From: Lingula anatina
Lineage: Eukaryota; Animalia; Brachiopoda
Length of the DNA stretch: 64,000 bases
Direction: 5' to 3'
Assembly (NCBI GenBank): GCA_051362555.1
Contig: CM120640.1
Coordinates: 40,154,788 to 40,218,787, forward strand
Made by a program: the position numbers and the translations under genes. Under the pieces are notes generated by a model, which was not told the DNA's origin, did no database searches, and saw only the letters and a program-made list of their open reading frames with translations. This document shows, one piece after another, positions 39,701-54,088 of this stretch. How positions within the stretch are numbered: the first letter of the stretch is position 1; each line of letters opens with the position of its first letter.

Positions 39701-42700
39701 ACACACAACCAACACACGAATCTATGGCATCTCCCCCTAGATTCAACATGAACTCAAAGGATAATTAAGCAACTTAACAAAAAGACCTTTGCATGTTTTT
39801 GTCACTTGCATGCAGTGAAAATGGGGCTTTCATCCGTTGCTCAGTGCGTGCTATGTGTTACACAGGTAGCTAACACTATAGGAAATGAAATTTGAAAATA
39901 AATCAAAGTCACACTTTAAGTAAATTTTGGCTGTCAATTATTGCCTTAGGGCAAATAAACAGTTGTACTCTCTATATAAGGCTTATAAATGATACAATAT
40001 CATGCTCATGTGGCTTTAAACGGTAGTATGTCTTTTAAGCTTCATTTAATGAACATATTGAAGCAACCCTGGCACAACTGAGCGCATCCCATAACAATAT
40101 CAAAGACGCATGGAGGGAGCGGGGTGAGGAGTATACAGACACCATTTCTCAAATATTATCCATGCTGCTTTTTCTGCCTCATTCTATCTTGCTATTTTGT
40201 TAAGTCATAAAATAAGCAGTTTCATACAAAGCTCACTCAAACCATGCTGCTATAACTTTTATTATCCACATTTTTTATCAGGTCAACTCTAATAATTAAA
40301 GAGAGACAAAATCAAAGATCAAATACATGAAATATGTATAGGTATCCCTTGAACCTTCAGACATAGGGTACTTTGAATTCAATGGATAAGCGTTTAAGAA
40401 ACACTTAACATAAAATTACCTGCTAGCAGTCCATCAGTTCACATAATTAAAGGTGAACATCATTACAATCAAAACAATGATGAATTATTTAATATGTCTT
40501 CCAGTGAACATTACCAATCCAGACTGTATTAACAATGACCAAAAAAGAAAAGTCTTTGTTTTACAAGGTCCACTTTAGGAAAATTAATATCCACCATTAC
40601 GAAAAAAAATTTAATCATTAATTCAAAAATATATTTTTGTGATGCTGTCATTATTTCTGTCTGCATATATCAAACATTTCGGCAGATTTCTACCATCTTT
40701 GGAGCTAGTACACAATTACACCACATGCCAATATAAAGGCAGAAAAGTATCTTTCATTATTTTATTGCAAACTTTCTAATGAGTACGCCTGACTCTAGGG
40801 TTTAGTATCTAACTGGCACTAGTATTTAATTAATCAAGTTCCAAGAATTTGATAATTAATTGATGTGCACTATAGATTACATTAGACAAAAGTTAATAAC
40901 CTTCATGAGGATTGAAACAACCTTGGGAAATATTAAATAATCAGCCAGTAATAAGATATTGATGACCCAAAAATTGGCTGTGCATAGTTAATAATTGGCA
41001 TCCCTGAACAGAATATCACAGCATCCATATTTAAACATAAAAGTGGGGGCATTTAGTAAAATGCAAGTCAAACAGAGCTGTGTGATGAACAATAGGTATA
41101 GTTCTTAAATTGACCCAAATGCTTTTCATGTCAGCATAGTATGAAGAAAGCGAATTTTTAAATTCAGTTTAAATTAATTTCAAAGATAATGCTGCACCCA
41201 AAGATATGGGGAGAGACAATTAACTTGGGTTGTCGTACCACATTCAAGCAAAAATAAAAGCCACAAATCAATAGTTTAAGTTATGTGACGTCATGGACAA
41301 AGCTAGTTTGAAGGTCTGCCATTGTCCCTGGTACAAGTAGGTATGGGAAGATGTAATTGTTTCAGATTAAAGTCTGATTACCACAAACAATGCCCCACAT
41401 ACAGGCTAATAACCACATTGGGATATATATCAAGTTTTAAAAAACAACATCAACAAAAGGTCACATTCCTTCCTTCTTTTGCCTTTAATATGTTATTTTT
41501 GCTTTCACATTATTCTAAATTACCCCTTGTTTTTTAATGCCAGACAATCTTTCTATTCTAAACTCTAGACAAAGCCACAATGCAGAAGAAAAGATTACCT
41601 TGGCACAGGGCTCGTGTAATGTTTACAGAATCACTTTCTGCCGAGCCTTAATAATGTGCACAAGTGAGTATTATATTGTAAGTGGGTTAAGGTGCCTTAT
41701 CACAGCTTCATCAAGACTCCATTGCTTTTCTATTATCCCTTTTTTTTCTTTATATTCCAACTTGAAATACATGTTTTTTTCTATAAGACTGTAGGGTAAT
41801 TTTCACTAATGTGTCTGAGTCTTTAACTGTATATATGTTTTAAAAGGGATTTTATTAAATGGATTTATTCACATGAAACAAGTCAGTATTTCATGATGAA
41901 ATTGAGGGGGATAAATTACTTATTTCAGTTTGGAATACAGAAAAAAATGCCACTGGCAATTTTGTTGCAGAAAAGGTACTAAATATAGTTGACAGATTTC
42001 AAATTGAAAAGATAGGGCCTAGAAAATCATACATACATATGCACTAGAACTATCATGTTTGCTGACAGCCACCAAGATTCAAAATCTAATGGAATAAAAA
42101 ATTATTCAGATACCACTATAAGATTCAGTGGGGAATATTGGTATATTTTTGTAAACTTTGTTGCAAAAATTTGTTAACCAAACTATTCAAAAATACACAA
42201 AGGGGCCAAATGTGATAATTCCTCAACTAATCCAGTTTTTTCATCTTATTTTGTATCTATACAATATAAGTTTGAATATCTCCCTTTAAATCAATATGAT
42301 ACTCAACATATATGACAGCTAGAGCACCTGTTTACCTTGTAAGAAGACACACTCATTCCATCATTGGATTTTAGATATGCTATATTATTAAGCAGGTGGA
42401 AATATCATATTAAAAGGTGAAATGTTGCCACAAAAGAAAATGCACCAAAAGTATGTAAAGAATGAAGTTGCTAAACAAATAATTTGGTGGATAACAAATT
42501 TATTGAACAAAGTTGAAAGGAAGATGCAGGTGAAGGTAGAACGATCAATCTAGATTTAATTAACTTTGTTCTACATGACACAGGGCATGTTTCCATAAGA
42601 ACCATTCATTTCAATTTGATTTTTAAATCTATTTCCAACATTCACATCCTGAAGACTCATCACCGGCAATCTATAGGATGACGTAAAAAGTAGTTATTAA

Positions 42701-45700
42701 AATACTAAGGTGACTTTTATTGTGTTATTATTAATGCACAAGATGTTATTCATTTCTGTATTTTTCATTTTCAACACATGTACATGTATGTGTTCCTTTT
42801 TGCTGGTGCTTCATTATCCATTGTAAAACTGCCAAGAAAATTACTTCCACTGATTGCACTTATACAGTGTCAATTTTCCTGGTGTGAAATTTCAGCATTT
42901 GTATGCTTTTAATCACTTAAATCTAACATCAGTTGTGATCATTCATACAATACTCTAGTAAGGACAAAAAGGACAGAAAAAATGAACACTGCTTTACAGG
43001 AGAAAGTAATAATTTGTTATGACCTCTCTGAGCAAGGAAAAGCTATAATATAAAGCCAAATTTGAGGAAACCCTGAAGATTTTAAAAAGCTGTAAATGCC
43101 ATTGACAATGAAAATAGTTAAGTTACCATTAAAAAAAGAATTAACTTTCTTTAGACTAGTTATAATTTGAATAAAAAATCGGGCAGCAATTCATCAGCCT
43201 GCGGCATAGGGAGTGAGCAGTCTGCTGCACAGGCAACTGAGTGCATTTTTCCTCCGTCAAACTTCAGCTTGGTTATCAAACATGGGCGGGTCATTGCAAA
43301 TAAAGTCAACAACAACAATGCATACAGATCGTCCAACTACATCATCAACCACCACCATACAGCTGGGCTTATTACTCCAAAGAATGCGTAGCTATTGTGT
43401 CGGCAAACTAGGAGACAGTGATAGTCCTTGAAAAACACCTTTGGTAATGGAACGCTACTAATCGTGAGGCGGGAGTCAAGTAGGTGCAGCACCGCTGTAA
43501 GGGCCAAGCCCTGAGTGACCAAGAGAGACGTTCCACTTGATGGCATACAAATGCACAGTTTTGTACTGGGAAGCTAAAAGTTCAATTCACAACTTCAGTC
43601 CAGATACATTAACACTGTCAGTTCAAATAACACACTCACTAAAATGGTTTAAATTGTTGCCAAATAGTTGGGTGACAGTACATTGTCACTACTTGGGGGC
43701 AATGTGACAAACTTCACTTGGGCATTCCAGTGCTTAACGACAAACAGACAGTGCTGTCTTAAGAAAAGGAAATAACATGGCTATTTTTTGCTACCTTCCC
43801 AAAGAAAACTTATTCTCAAGAGTCTTTTATACCTTTTTACAAGATTAATATACTAATTCAAGTTGGGTACGTGTACAATGGACTTCTTTTACAATTTAAC
43901 CTCAAAGATAGTGTGGGTAGCATTATTAATGACTTCCAAACTAAAATGGCAACAATGCACACGTTTAATTTATAAACATTGAGGAAATAAATAAGACTGG
44001 TCTGGTCATGGTTTCCTCATCAGCTGTCTACCTGTAACAACTTCCCTGTCTCCATAGGAGGTGGACAAGTAATGATAGTGGAGCAACTGTGGGCTGGTTT
44101 ACGTCTTGACACTGCAGTTACTCACTCTACATTTTAAAAACAATGATTTAGACTTATTTGAAACAAAATTAGTTTCCTGAAAGTAATTACTGAAAGAGAA
44201 TGCTACCTTGTCTATTCTAAGTCCAATTATTGTTAGTCTTCCAAAGCTACATTGTACTGTATAATGCATCGCAATTTCTCTGAAGAGAAGCGAGTGCGTG
44301 AGGGTGTAAAAACTGATGTGTTGTTGGCTAAATGAGTATGATGTACTTTACTAGGAGTCTCCTAACCTCATTTTATTGCAATAAACTAGCAACCATTTAC
44401 GTTCTCACTATTATGACCAAAGGAACAGCAGGGGCACGGAAAATGCCTTTAATGTTAAATGGACCAAGACTCGTTGATTCATATTGTAACATTATTACTC
44501 CATTCATTCCCACTATACAGCATTTTGTTAAACAATGTGTAATTTCCTGTGCACAATGCAGATTTGCAGTGGAAGAATTCTGGGCACAAACAATTGAGGG
44601 CGACTGCGCTCAGCATTTGCACTTGTCAGATGCTGTGACACTTCCTTGGCATACATCACATTGAGGCTTGAGAACAAAGCCCGAGGAAGTGCCCAGTTCA
44701 GCGGTGGTCTGAATACAACTTCCCATAATGGAGGGCCATAATGACTATATCATTAACAAATAACAAGTCTTGATGGGAATGCAATTCACTATTGATATAA
44801 ACTACATCTCTTGCTATTGATTTAATATTTTCCAACTGTAGAATGGCTGATTAATATTGCACTAGAAAGTAAAATGGACCCGACTTGAGAGGTTGCTTGA
44901 GATAGCAAGAGGGAAAGGAGGAAAAAATAGGGAAAGGTTAACATGTACTCAGGAGAAGCTTTCTTTTACCTTTAAGTTAGAATATTTTAAAAGTGATTGG
45001 TGTTTTTGTTTTGTTTTGTTTTGTTACTAGACAAGAAATTCAAAGATAATCAAAGTTAGACCAGTCTTCTTTCAAAATCACTTCTCCTCAGCACATTTTT
45101 CTCAGTTATCAACACCAGTAAGTTTTTTACCTTGAAAGTAGCTCTTGGTACGCAGGTAACTGACGCTGAGTCGAAGGATGGACAGTTTATCTAACTTGGA
45201 GATGACACTTTGTTCAAACGGTAGTAGGCTGGCCAGGTGGTCCAATTCTGCATTGAGACGCTCTCGGTGACGCTTGCTAGGGTTGCTCTTCGGTGGGTCT
45301 TTCATTGGAACTTTAACACTGAAATTTGAAAAAAATTCAATAACATTATGCCATCCAGTCATATATTAGCATTGCACTCAAAATCATAATGTTGCGCTCA
45401 CAAATACTTATCAATATTATAAAAAGCACTTGGTTTCTCACAGTATATTCATACATAAAGATTTTTTCGACAGATGTTTATACCTGTACATTCTATTATT
45501 TTCCCTTGCTGAAATTAAAAAATTTCCCCATTTTGATAATAAATGCAACTAAAAAAAGCAAAGTCTTGTTCCGAATAATTTATATCTGGAGGTGCAGGTA
45601 ATCTGTTAAAATCTTAAGAAAATTCCATGATTTTTCTATTCATATGCACCTTCAGAAATTAAATAAAGATCCCCTCACACAGAAGCATCCCTATAATGAT

Positions 45701-48700
45701 AGATGACTCTGAACTGATTGCCATAGTGATCAACAGTGATATCCGTTCTTCAAATAATACACATCATCTTGCACTTTTTGCCTCTGTCAGATTGAAAATT
45801 TAATAATACTACATCTTAGCAATAACAAAATGGAACTGCACCAAGAAGTCCGACCTGATCTTCTACCTGTCTGGTGCACAATCTGTTATGTATAGAGAGC
45901 GATCATTCTCAGAGCAAACATAGATGAAATCCAATGACGGATGGAATAGCACTGAGAGACTGCTTCTACCAGGACAAGAACAAATAAGGACACTTCAAGC
46001 AGTCATTCTGTCTCCGTACTTCTGTCAAATGACAGTGTTCCAGTAAGAAACAAACACTGAAGAGAAAAACCTGTTTGTGTACCGTTTTCCCCATGTTCGC
46101 CTCTCATTCTTTTGAGGAAAATGGAAATATACATGTGAAGAAAAAGAAATGTCATGACATGCAGGAAAAAAAATGTCATGACCTGTTTTGTGGGTTTTGA
46201 AATTTTTGTTTCCTCAAACAGAGTACAATGAAAATAACTTATCTGTCTGGTCCTTGCATTCTTTAAAAGAAAATAATTGCCTTGTCTTTCACTTCAAAGT
46301 CCACTTAAATGACAGAAAATAGCTTCTCCTTTAACCAAAAAAAGCTGAACAAACTTACATTATCTGGCCAGACGGAAGCCAAAACTAGCTAAATAATGCA
46401 AAAATTCTGCATTGGTGAGCCCTTCCTTACATGTGCCATGCCAAAATGACACCGATTTCTGCTGAAGACTTTCTCCTGCAGCTGATTGCTTTGATGCTCT
46501 GAAGTTAATAAGTCATTCCACTTTCCAATTGCAACAGATCAGGGTGGCACCTTTTTCTATCAGCGGGGATTAGCTTGGTGCCTATGTACTTGTTCTTCAT
46601 CAGAAAGGATGCCGCAATTCTCATTCTCCAAGAATCACAAGGGAAGTCACCAAATAAATAGGTCTGCCCTGGCAGCGCAGCACAGATCAAAGGGTCAGCC
46701 CAAAGAGCAAGAGGAGTAATTCTGTTTCATTTACTTTAAACCCCAATAGCTTACCTTTTCTATTTTGTTTCCTTAAATCTAATAAAGTTCTGGGAATGTG
46801 TCTCCCATGGTAACTAGGCTAGGTCATTGCGGGCTAAAGAATGTTTTTTAAGAGCAAGACCCTGCATTGAAACAGGTATACCTATGGCTTATGTTCTGAC
46901 TCTTTGTGTGAATTTTTGTACAACAGTGGTAAGTTACTGCATTCCCATTTTATTGGAGTATTTCCTTCAATACTTAAAACTTCAAGAAAAGTCAACGCTT
47001 TTGAGAGCTACTTTGTATTACTTATAGACGAGCTGTCTATTAGTGCTTTTATGCATACAAAGTTATTCCCCCCAAAAATTATGAATCCATTTGAAGATTA
47101 CTAGGTAAAACATTTACATGTCAAATAAAAGACTAACTTTTATGTTCAAGATAACTAAATTACCTTTCACAGTATTTATTATGGACAAAATCCTTTGACC
47201 TTCTACATGATGTATTTCAAGATGAAAATTATCTACAGAAAAAAAATCATCTAAGATGAAAAGACACTTCTGCTACTAAAACCTACATGTTAATCATACA
47301 GTACCACTCAAAGAAACAAGTCTTCTCAGTACATCATGCATTTTAGGTCTGGATTACCACAATTACATACAGATGATAAAATACTTTGACATAAAACGTA
47401 AAAATCAGTTTCATAATGACGTTAGACTTTCTTGACAGATCAGTCACATACACTGAATTGAAAAGACAATACACAGAGATGGAGAAGTGTGCATGCTTTT
47501 TTCCCTAAAATATGTATGGCATGTTCACAAAATAGCTGACAATTATCATGTCTAATTAAGTAAATGGAATCTCAAAAAAGGAGTATTTAAAAATCTGGGC
47601 TTATTTAAATTGTATGACTGGGAAGTTTGCACTAAGTAATGAGCCTCTGGACATTTACTTACAAATATTTACTTATTAGCAATTAATGATAATAAATATT
47701 AATATTTTAAAATTCCTTATACATATTTCATGTCATTAAAATAAAAAGAATAAACATCTGAAACTTTACCCTCAGTTCCTCCAGTTATTGATTTTTACAA
47801 CTGGATAAATAATGCCAAGTTGCTAATCTTGCTTCCTTATTTCCCAAGGGCATTAAAAACACTAACAATTTCTTCTTCTGATTTATTTTGCCTTCCCTTT
47901 TTATAATGTCTGCTTATGATGTCACATAAAAAATTCTTGGTTACCCTATCTTTTCATCTGTGACCAACTGACTTATTTTCAATTTAGGATAAAAGATTGT
48001 GAAAAGATTTGGTGTAATTCTCTTAAGTGGCATACATTAGCCATCAAAACTTAATGATTTCCCTCAGTTGTTATTTGTCTAATACTACATAAAATATTAT
48101 GTTGCACAGTGCTTTTTTAACTCAGGGATACAAATGAGTCACAAAAACTAAAACACTACCTGTCTAGGTCATTCAAAGCCAAAAATTACCTCATTTTAGG
48201 TACATTTTAGGGGTGGAAAATCAGTCAACTATTGTGCACAACCACTTGTAAATTATTTTAGAATGAAATCATCATCAGCTGAGGGAAGACAAAATCTTTA
48301 AAAAATATTTGAAAACTGTTCCCACAATGTTACCTTCTTTAACTTCTTACTTAAAAACCTTAACTTCATTATTTTAACATTGCAAATGTCTTAACAATAT
48401 AAAGAAGAAAAAAAAACTAAATACTTAGCTCCATTAGTTTTGCTATAGCAAAGAAAAAAATCAATCACCATATTTCTAAGTATTTTTTGCGCCTTTTGAG
48501 AATACATAAAACATTTTTTAACCTTTGAGAATAAACAAAACATTTTAAAGGTGAAGTAATTCAAGCTTGCTTCACTTTTTGAAATATTTTCTAAAATCTA
48601 CCCGTGCTGGGAATTTAAAGCTGTTAAATGTCTCATTTTTGCTTATGCCAGATTTGAAAAAAAAAAAAAAAATGAACAAAACTCCTCCTACTTAAATTCA

Positions 48701-51700
48701 AAGCAAAGATACAACAGTGAACTCCTACTGGATAACATTAATATTTGAACCTACCAAGGTTTTGCACTAACCAAATATTTCCAACAAACCACATGTTGTG
48801 ATGAGGATAATCTTAATTTGACCCATCACTGTCCTGACAGTCTGGACTTGAGATTGGTCAGATAAATTCAAAATAAGCGTGTGCCTCTCTTAATTTTTCT
48901 CAGCATGACTTACAGCCCGAGGCAAAACTTAGACACCATATAAAAGTCCTACTTAGTTTTGCATGTCGATGCTATGGTCCTTGCACGCAACTTTGACTTT
49001 CCATGACACACTTCAATTACATAAACAACAACGGGTGACGACTTCTGTTCACAGTAAGTTACAAGCTTCCCTTTATGTCTACACAACACAGCATGCAATA
49101 AATGTCTTTCAAGAAGAAAAATCTTAAAATATAAATTAATAAATTATAAACAAGATGAAAACAAAAAGTTAACTTCAATAAACTGTAGTACTTTAAAATA
49201 CTTTCAAGCCCATTATTTTCTTTCTTTACATTTTCACATCTTCATGATTAAATAGAGATCTCCATAAAGCACAGGTTGTGCATCTATGGAACAATGAGCA
49301 AGGAATGTATAATTCTAATCTCTCTCTGTAAACTAGCAATTTCATCCATAATAAATAGTGAAAACTGAAATAAGGCAGTAGATTACAAGTAACACAGAAA
49401 GAGTTGAAAAACTAGGCACCCTCTCAACTGAGAAGTTGCATAATGATACCATCAAAATTGCAAGTTATTCAGAATTATTTAAAATCCTTTGCAAATCATC
49501 TTCAGTTCATTTGAAAAGCGATAAAAAATAAAATTTCATTGTATTGAAAAATCATTATTATGCTTGTATAATAAATTTTTTTGGCAGAACCCACCTTATG
49601 CCATGCTAATTATCAGTTTATTCAGTTACTTCAGATGTATATGTTAAAACCAAAAAACAAACGCTTAGGCACGGTCAGCTCACGACTCCTATCTTCCAAT
49701 TCAGTAACGGTTAACATAAACTGATCCTGGCATAACCGAGCTATTTCGAACAATAAATCATCTTTCTATAACAATTTTTTGTCCAGATCTTTTTGACATA
49801 AACTTTAATTAAAAACATCGTAGATTTGTAAACATGTTGCCATAACTATTGGGGAAAGATCTGATATATTAAATCACTACATATACTAAATCTTAAAGAC
49901 GTTTTCTTTTCACCCTTCCGTCGCCAACATTCTTAACTGTGCACAGACATTTCTGCAAGTGTAATATACTGGTCTCCATTTTGACTGACCTTCATTTTGC
50001 TCACAATATCAAACAACCAGGCGCAACAAGCAACGTACATGCAAAAAAATCTGCTGGTATAATTTTTGCTAGAATCTCAGTTGCTGGTTATTAACAATTT
50101 AGAATAAACACCCTGTGCAAAGATATTAATATTCAAGATCTTTGGTTCGGTAAAATACCACTAACACAAACCTTTTAAATGACGATTGTTTTCATAAAAT
50201 CCATTTAGTTTATTTATGCGTTTCTACAAAACTTAGTTTATAGGTAATTAAAAGAAAAAGAAAGGTAAAAGAAAAAAAACTCATCACATTCCAATGCAAC
50301 TCAATTTAGAAAAGAAAAGCCCAATTTTGGCAGTTCACAACAATAAAAACTAAATCATGACAATTAAAGTGTTTCTTCAGTCTCCACAAACAAAGAGTTC
50401 TATTGTTTTTGTATAATGAAGATAAGTTTTTCAAATCTGCAGAGAGAAGTCTGATTATTCAATCTGCTTATGCAAGAAATCCAAAGGATGAGAGGATACT
50501 TGCCTGTAATAGCTTACTTGATAAATAGCCTATGCAAAATGCTCACCATTAGGAAAGGTTTTTCAGACAACATCTCTAAGGAATCTTGTTTTTCATGACT
50601 TCGAATAAAAATACACCTCCTTAATGTGTTTTTCCACATAGGCCAGACCTGTTTGCAAAACTGAAAATATCTTTGGAGCCTTCCACACAATAGAGCTGTT
50701 TAAATAATTAATAATGTTTCAACTTTCTCAGTGTGGTGGTGGGAATTTCATTTTAGATGTACACCCACAAATACATTTAACAGCAAATTTAGAATGAACT
50801 CTGTGAATTCAAATTCAGTTTAAAGCTGATTTTTATGTTATCATTTAAGTGAAGTAATGATTTTTTAAAAAATAAGTTGATAAAAATCACTTATGTTTTA
50901 CAAATGTACCCTTAAATATTGTGGTATTCTTGTTAAATAACCAATGCTTCTTTTTTTTTTTGCTTCCATCACCAAATGACACAATAATGATATGGTTGTC
51001 ATTTGATAAGAAAAAAAAATTTAATAAAAATTCATTTCTATTAATCAATAAACCAAGTAGTCATATTTCAAATGAACAAAAATATCTCAATTCTCATAAC
51101 TTCAATTTCAATTTCTCAAAAGTAATTTAAAATGTTAATATCTCTTATGTAAATAAACATGTGCACCAAAAATCTGATAAGTTGGCTTATTTCAAAAACA
51201 GCACAGTGGAGAGCATAAACTTAATAGTGTAATTGTAAAATTGTTGCAACAAACATCGATTCTGCTGTTCACACTTTTCCATTCATATTTCCTCAGGATT
51301 ATAAGCTTAGCAGAAAGGTATAAAATTCTCAACAGGTGAAAACTAATGAAATCCCCTCTGTTAATCATTGTTCTTTCTCCCAAAACAATAAGTAAGCTAA
51401 TAAGTAAGACCAAATTGGTTTCACTCTGGATTCCACAGGGTAACGGCCTTTATGCAGAAAAAGGTCCACACATATTGTTGCCAGGAACACATAATCAATT
51501 ATTAAATGCTGATTGTTAACTGGGAAAATGTTGCTGAACTTAAAAAGTGCTCAGTTTTAAAACTCCGTACAGTTCAAACAATAACGGCAACAGTGATACA
51601 ATAAAAGATGGAGCAATGAAACAAAGAACAAAAGGGGTACAGTTTATCTTTCAGGGGTAATGACTTGCAAAAGTTTTCACTTAGTGAAATATTTTAGTAA

Positions 51701-54088
51701 TGAGATGTGAATAGCAATGAAGCAGGACCCTATCATTATGTAAATAAATTTAATAATCTCCCCGACTCCAGTGAGTCCAGCTTTCCTACCTCCAGTACAC
51801 AGGAACATAACACTCCTTGTACACCACTTCTTTGGAACACCAAACACCTTGCACAAATTACTTGTGACTGTCACCTTTTAGCATTTTGAGCAATGTGTCT
51901 GGTTTTAAATGAGAGTTGAGATCCGCATATAAGTATATTCAAAAGCTTTTGTAGTGCAATTCATCACAAGTGACGATGAGAATGGAGTAAATCCATCATT
52001 GCAGATGACCCAGCTTCTAAGTCAAAAGCTGGAAAAATTATTTTTCAAAATTTTTTTTCAAAAAATAACAACAAAGCATTCTTTCTTAAGCTCGGGTGAA
52101 ATTAATTTGTTTACTAGGTACAAAACGCTAGTGTTCTAGCACACACCTGAGCATATCTTAGTGTCAAAACAAGTCTGGACAGACATCAAACATGGAGGCT
52201 AGCTGTCTATTTCACATCTCCAGTTTTCCTGATATAATCAGAGTATTACCAAGTGACATATTTATAATCATTTCTCTCTTTAGTTTACCTGCTTGATATT
52301 TAACTTGTATCTCAGAAAATTATATTTCAAAATCACAATGCAAATTTCTCCTGGTATCATTAGAAAGGAAAACTGCTGAATAATTCATAAAGCAAAAAGC
52401 TGACTAAGAGAGAGAAATCTGAGTTGCCTACAAGCATGACATCTGTCAGCATGACAATGAGATTCACTTAATCAAATCTATTTTCAATTTTGGTCTCTCA
52501 TTTTCTAGAAATCATACTTATTTTCTTGTCTTTTCTGATTCACTCCCTTTGCGACATATTTATGTTGTATTTCAAAAGGCCAACTGACAGTAAATATCCA
52601 TACATAACAAAATTGAACATATTGTAAATACAAACACAAAAAGCTGAAAATAGCTGCAAAATAATATAAATTTTAGAAATATTTTGTCAATCCTTTTACC
52701 TTACAAACCAATCTATCATTTGTCATAACTTACATTTACAGGAGTAGTATTTTTTATCTTTTCGTACAACTACCTTCATAGTAGATGACACATCCAGCTA
52801 CAATGCAATCTGTAAAAAATGCTTTACCACAAATGAAAAAAAAAATACATATACGTCTGATGCCAAATTCATAAGAAGAAAAATGGTTGAGACCATTTAA
52901 AAACAACTTAGTTGACCCTATTACAAACATGAGAAGAAAAAAAATGTTTTTTCAATGACATTTTGTATGGTTGTTTAAATATAGGGTCAACTCCAACTAT
53001 AAAGATACATCCTCATTTAGTACACTTCATAAAGACCCATCGAGCTATTCCAAGTGTACAAATAGAAAAAAAAACAGGGTTAAAAAAGGAAATTAGAAGA
53101 ACCCTTTCCTGAGGTAGGAAGTAATAGCAAACCCAAAGCCTAACTAAGTCATTTCTCTGAGATATTCCACTTTTTTTTTTCTTTCAATATTGCACCTGCC
53201 AGGCTTCCCATTCATTTCCCTCTTCAATACTTAAACATTAAATAATCACTATGCAGTTGATCTTGAGATCCCTGGCTTTTCTGCTTCAGGTTATACTATC
53301 ACCAGAAGTCCTAGCAAAGTCAGAATCTGTGATGGGGGAATCCTGAAAAGGTATCTTCTGATCTCGAGGGTCAAAGTTATCACAGACAGTCTCTCTGCTG
53401 GAGACCCACTGTTTTCATGATAACCTCACTTAAAAGTGAAGCCTGTTGCATAATTGTTATTATCTTGGTTAAGGGGATTTTAAGTGTATCTATTCATGTA
53501 ATGTCAGAATTCACTACTATCAGGGTCTTTAAAAGATATCAGTGCATTTGTTCACTGAGGAGATTGTATCATGCATTGTATATTGATCATATCTGACTTG
53601 AAATAATTCAGGAATTTTGCATAGATAGGAATCTAAAGATGCTGCAACTATGATGTAACATGCTACACATACAAATACATTTCTACTAGTAGATCAAATA
53701 ATCAAGGTGCCTAGCCAATGCTCACATGCCTAACCTTAAATCTTGCTCCTAAATTGTAAAATTGTAATCTGTCACATGTACGATGCTGATCCGCTGATAC
53801 ATACTATATATACTATATATACTGTATATATATATAGCATACACATATTCCTGTATCACAATGATGCATAAAAAATTCAAGGGATTCCTTGAATATAATG
53901 TTTATCACAGATCTGAATATTGAAAAAATCAAAAATACTCTAATATTGCAGAAAAATTGAAATGGTCCCTATGGTCCCCTAAAGCTGCCTCGAGGTCTTA
54001 AAAGCAGCCTCAACACTCACCTCTTTACCGTTCGCCTCCTGCGTTTGGTAGCATACATGGTCTGATGTACCCAACCGTTCTCGACCAT
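15650..54088 (-). CDS. AHR: Aryl hydrocarbon receptor (bHLH-PAS transcription factor, spineless/ahr-1 orthologue), 12 coding exons, about 887 aa
   Basis: Exons 54088-54021, 45318-45131, 28304-28198, 26791-26702, 22098-21963, 20193-20120, 19842-19655, 19242-19136, 18516-18375, 18140-16872, 16736-16544, 15751-15650 total 2664 nt, all GT-AG and in frame. Diagnostic motifs: [33 protein letters not shown]...[54 protein letters not shown]. Confidence 0.95.
16544..16736 (-). CDS. AHR: AHR exon 11 ([10 protein letters not shown]...SSFHDAR)
   Basis: Within ORF 16526-16774; ttttag acceptor; AGG|gtcagt donor gives the phase 0 needed by exon 12. Confidence 0.78.
16872..18140 (-). CDS. AHR: AHR exon 10, large Tyr/Ser-rich C-terminal region
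   Basis: Within ORF 16868-18316; ttacag acceptor before [14 protein letters not shown]|gtaagt donor. Confidence 0.92.
18375..18516 (-). CDS. AHR: AHR exon 9, PAS-B/PAC ([26 protein letters not shown]...VTHRHL)
   Basis: Within ORF 18371-18646; ttttag acceptor, AC|gtaagt donor; 142 nt. Confidence 0.95.
19136..19242 (-). CDS. AHR: AHR exon 8, PAS-B ([35 protein letters not shown])
   Basis: Within ORF 19044-19301; tattag acceptor, T|gtgagt donor. Confidence 0.95.
19655..19842 (-). CDS. AHR: AHR exon 7 ([15 protein letters not shown]...[16 protein letters not shown])
   Basis: Within ORF 19600-19911; tcacag acceptor, AG|gtggct donor. Confidence 0.93.
20120..20193 (-). CDS. AHR: AHR exon 6 ([24 protein letters not shown])
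   Basis: ttccag acceptor, ATT|gtaagt donor; invariant [10 protein letters not shown] motif. Confidence 0.95.
21963..22098 (-). CDS. AHR: AHR exon 5, PAS-A ([26 protein letters not shown]...)
   Basis: poly-T ccag acceptor, G|gtaaag donor; overlaps ORF 21868-22077 in frame. Confidence 0.95.
23804..23880. repeat. Diverged two-copy direct repeat (period 43 bp) in AHR intron 4
   Basis: ACATTAATTTTGGTGATATTTCAATTATAGTATT versus ACATTTATTTTGGTGACATTTCAATTACAATATT. Confidence 0.75.
26702..26791 (-). CDS. AHR: AHR exon 4, PAS-A ([30 protein letters not shown])
   Basis: tttcag acceptor, CAG|gtaaga donor; 90 nt. Confidence 0.95.
28198..28304 (-). CDS. AHR: AHR exon 3 ([35 protein letters not shown])
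   Basis: ttccag acceptor, CAG|gtaaga donor; the SEGE..LQ motif precedes PAS-A; phases match both neighbours. Confidence 0.88.
45131..45318 (-). CDS. AHR: AHR exon 2, bHLH domain
   Basis: Within ORF 45102-45362; tttcag acceptor, G|gtaaaa donor; 188 nt. Confidence 0.97.
54021..54088 (-). CDS. AHR: AHR exon 1 ([22 protein letters not shown])
   Basis: AHR-type basic [11 protein letters not shown]; AG|gtgagt donor; phase 2 matches exon 2. Confidence 0.9.
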
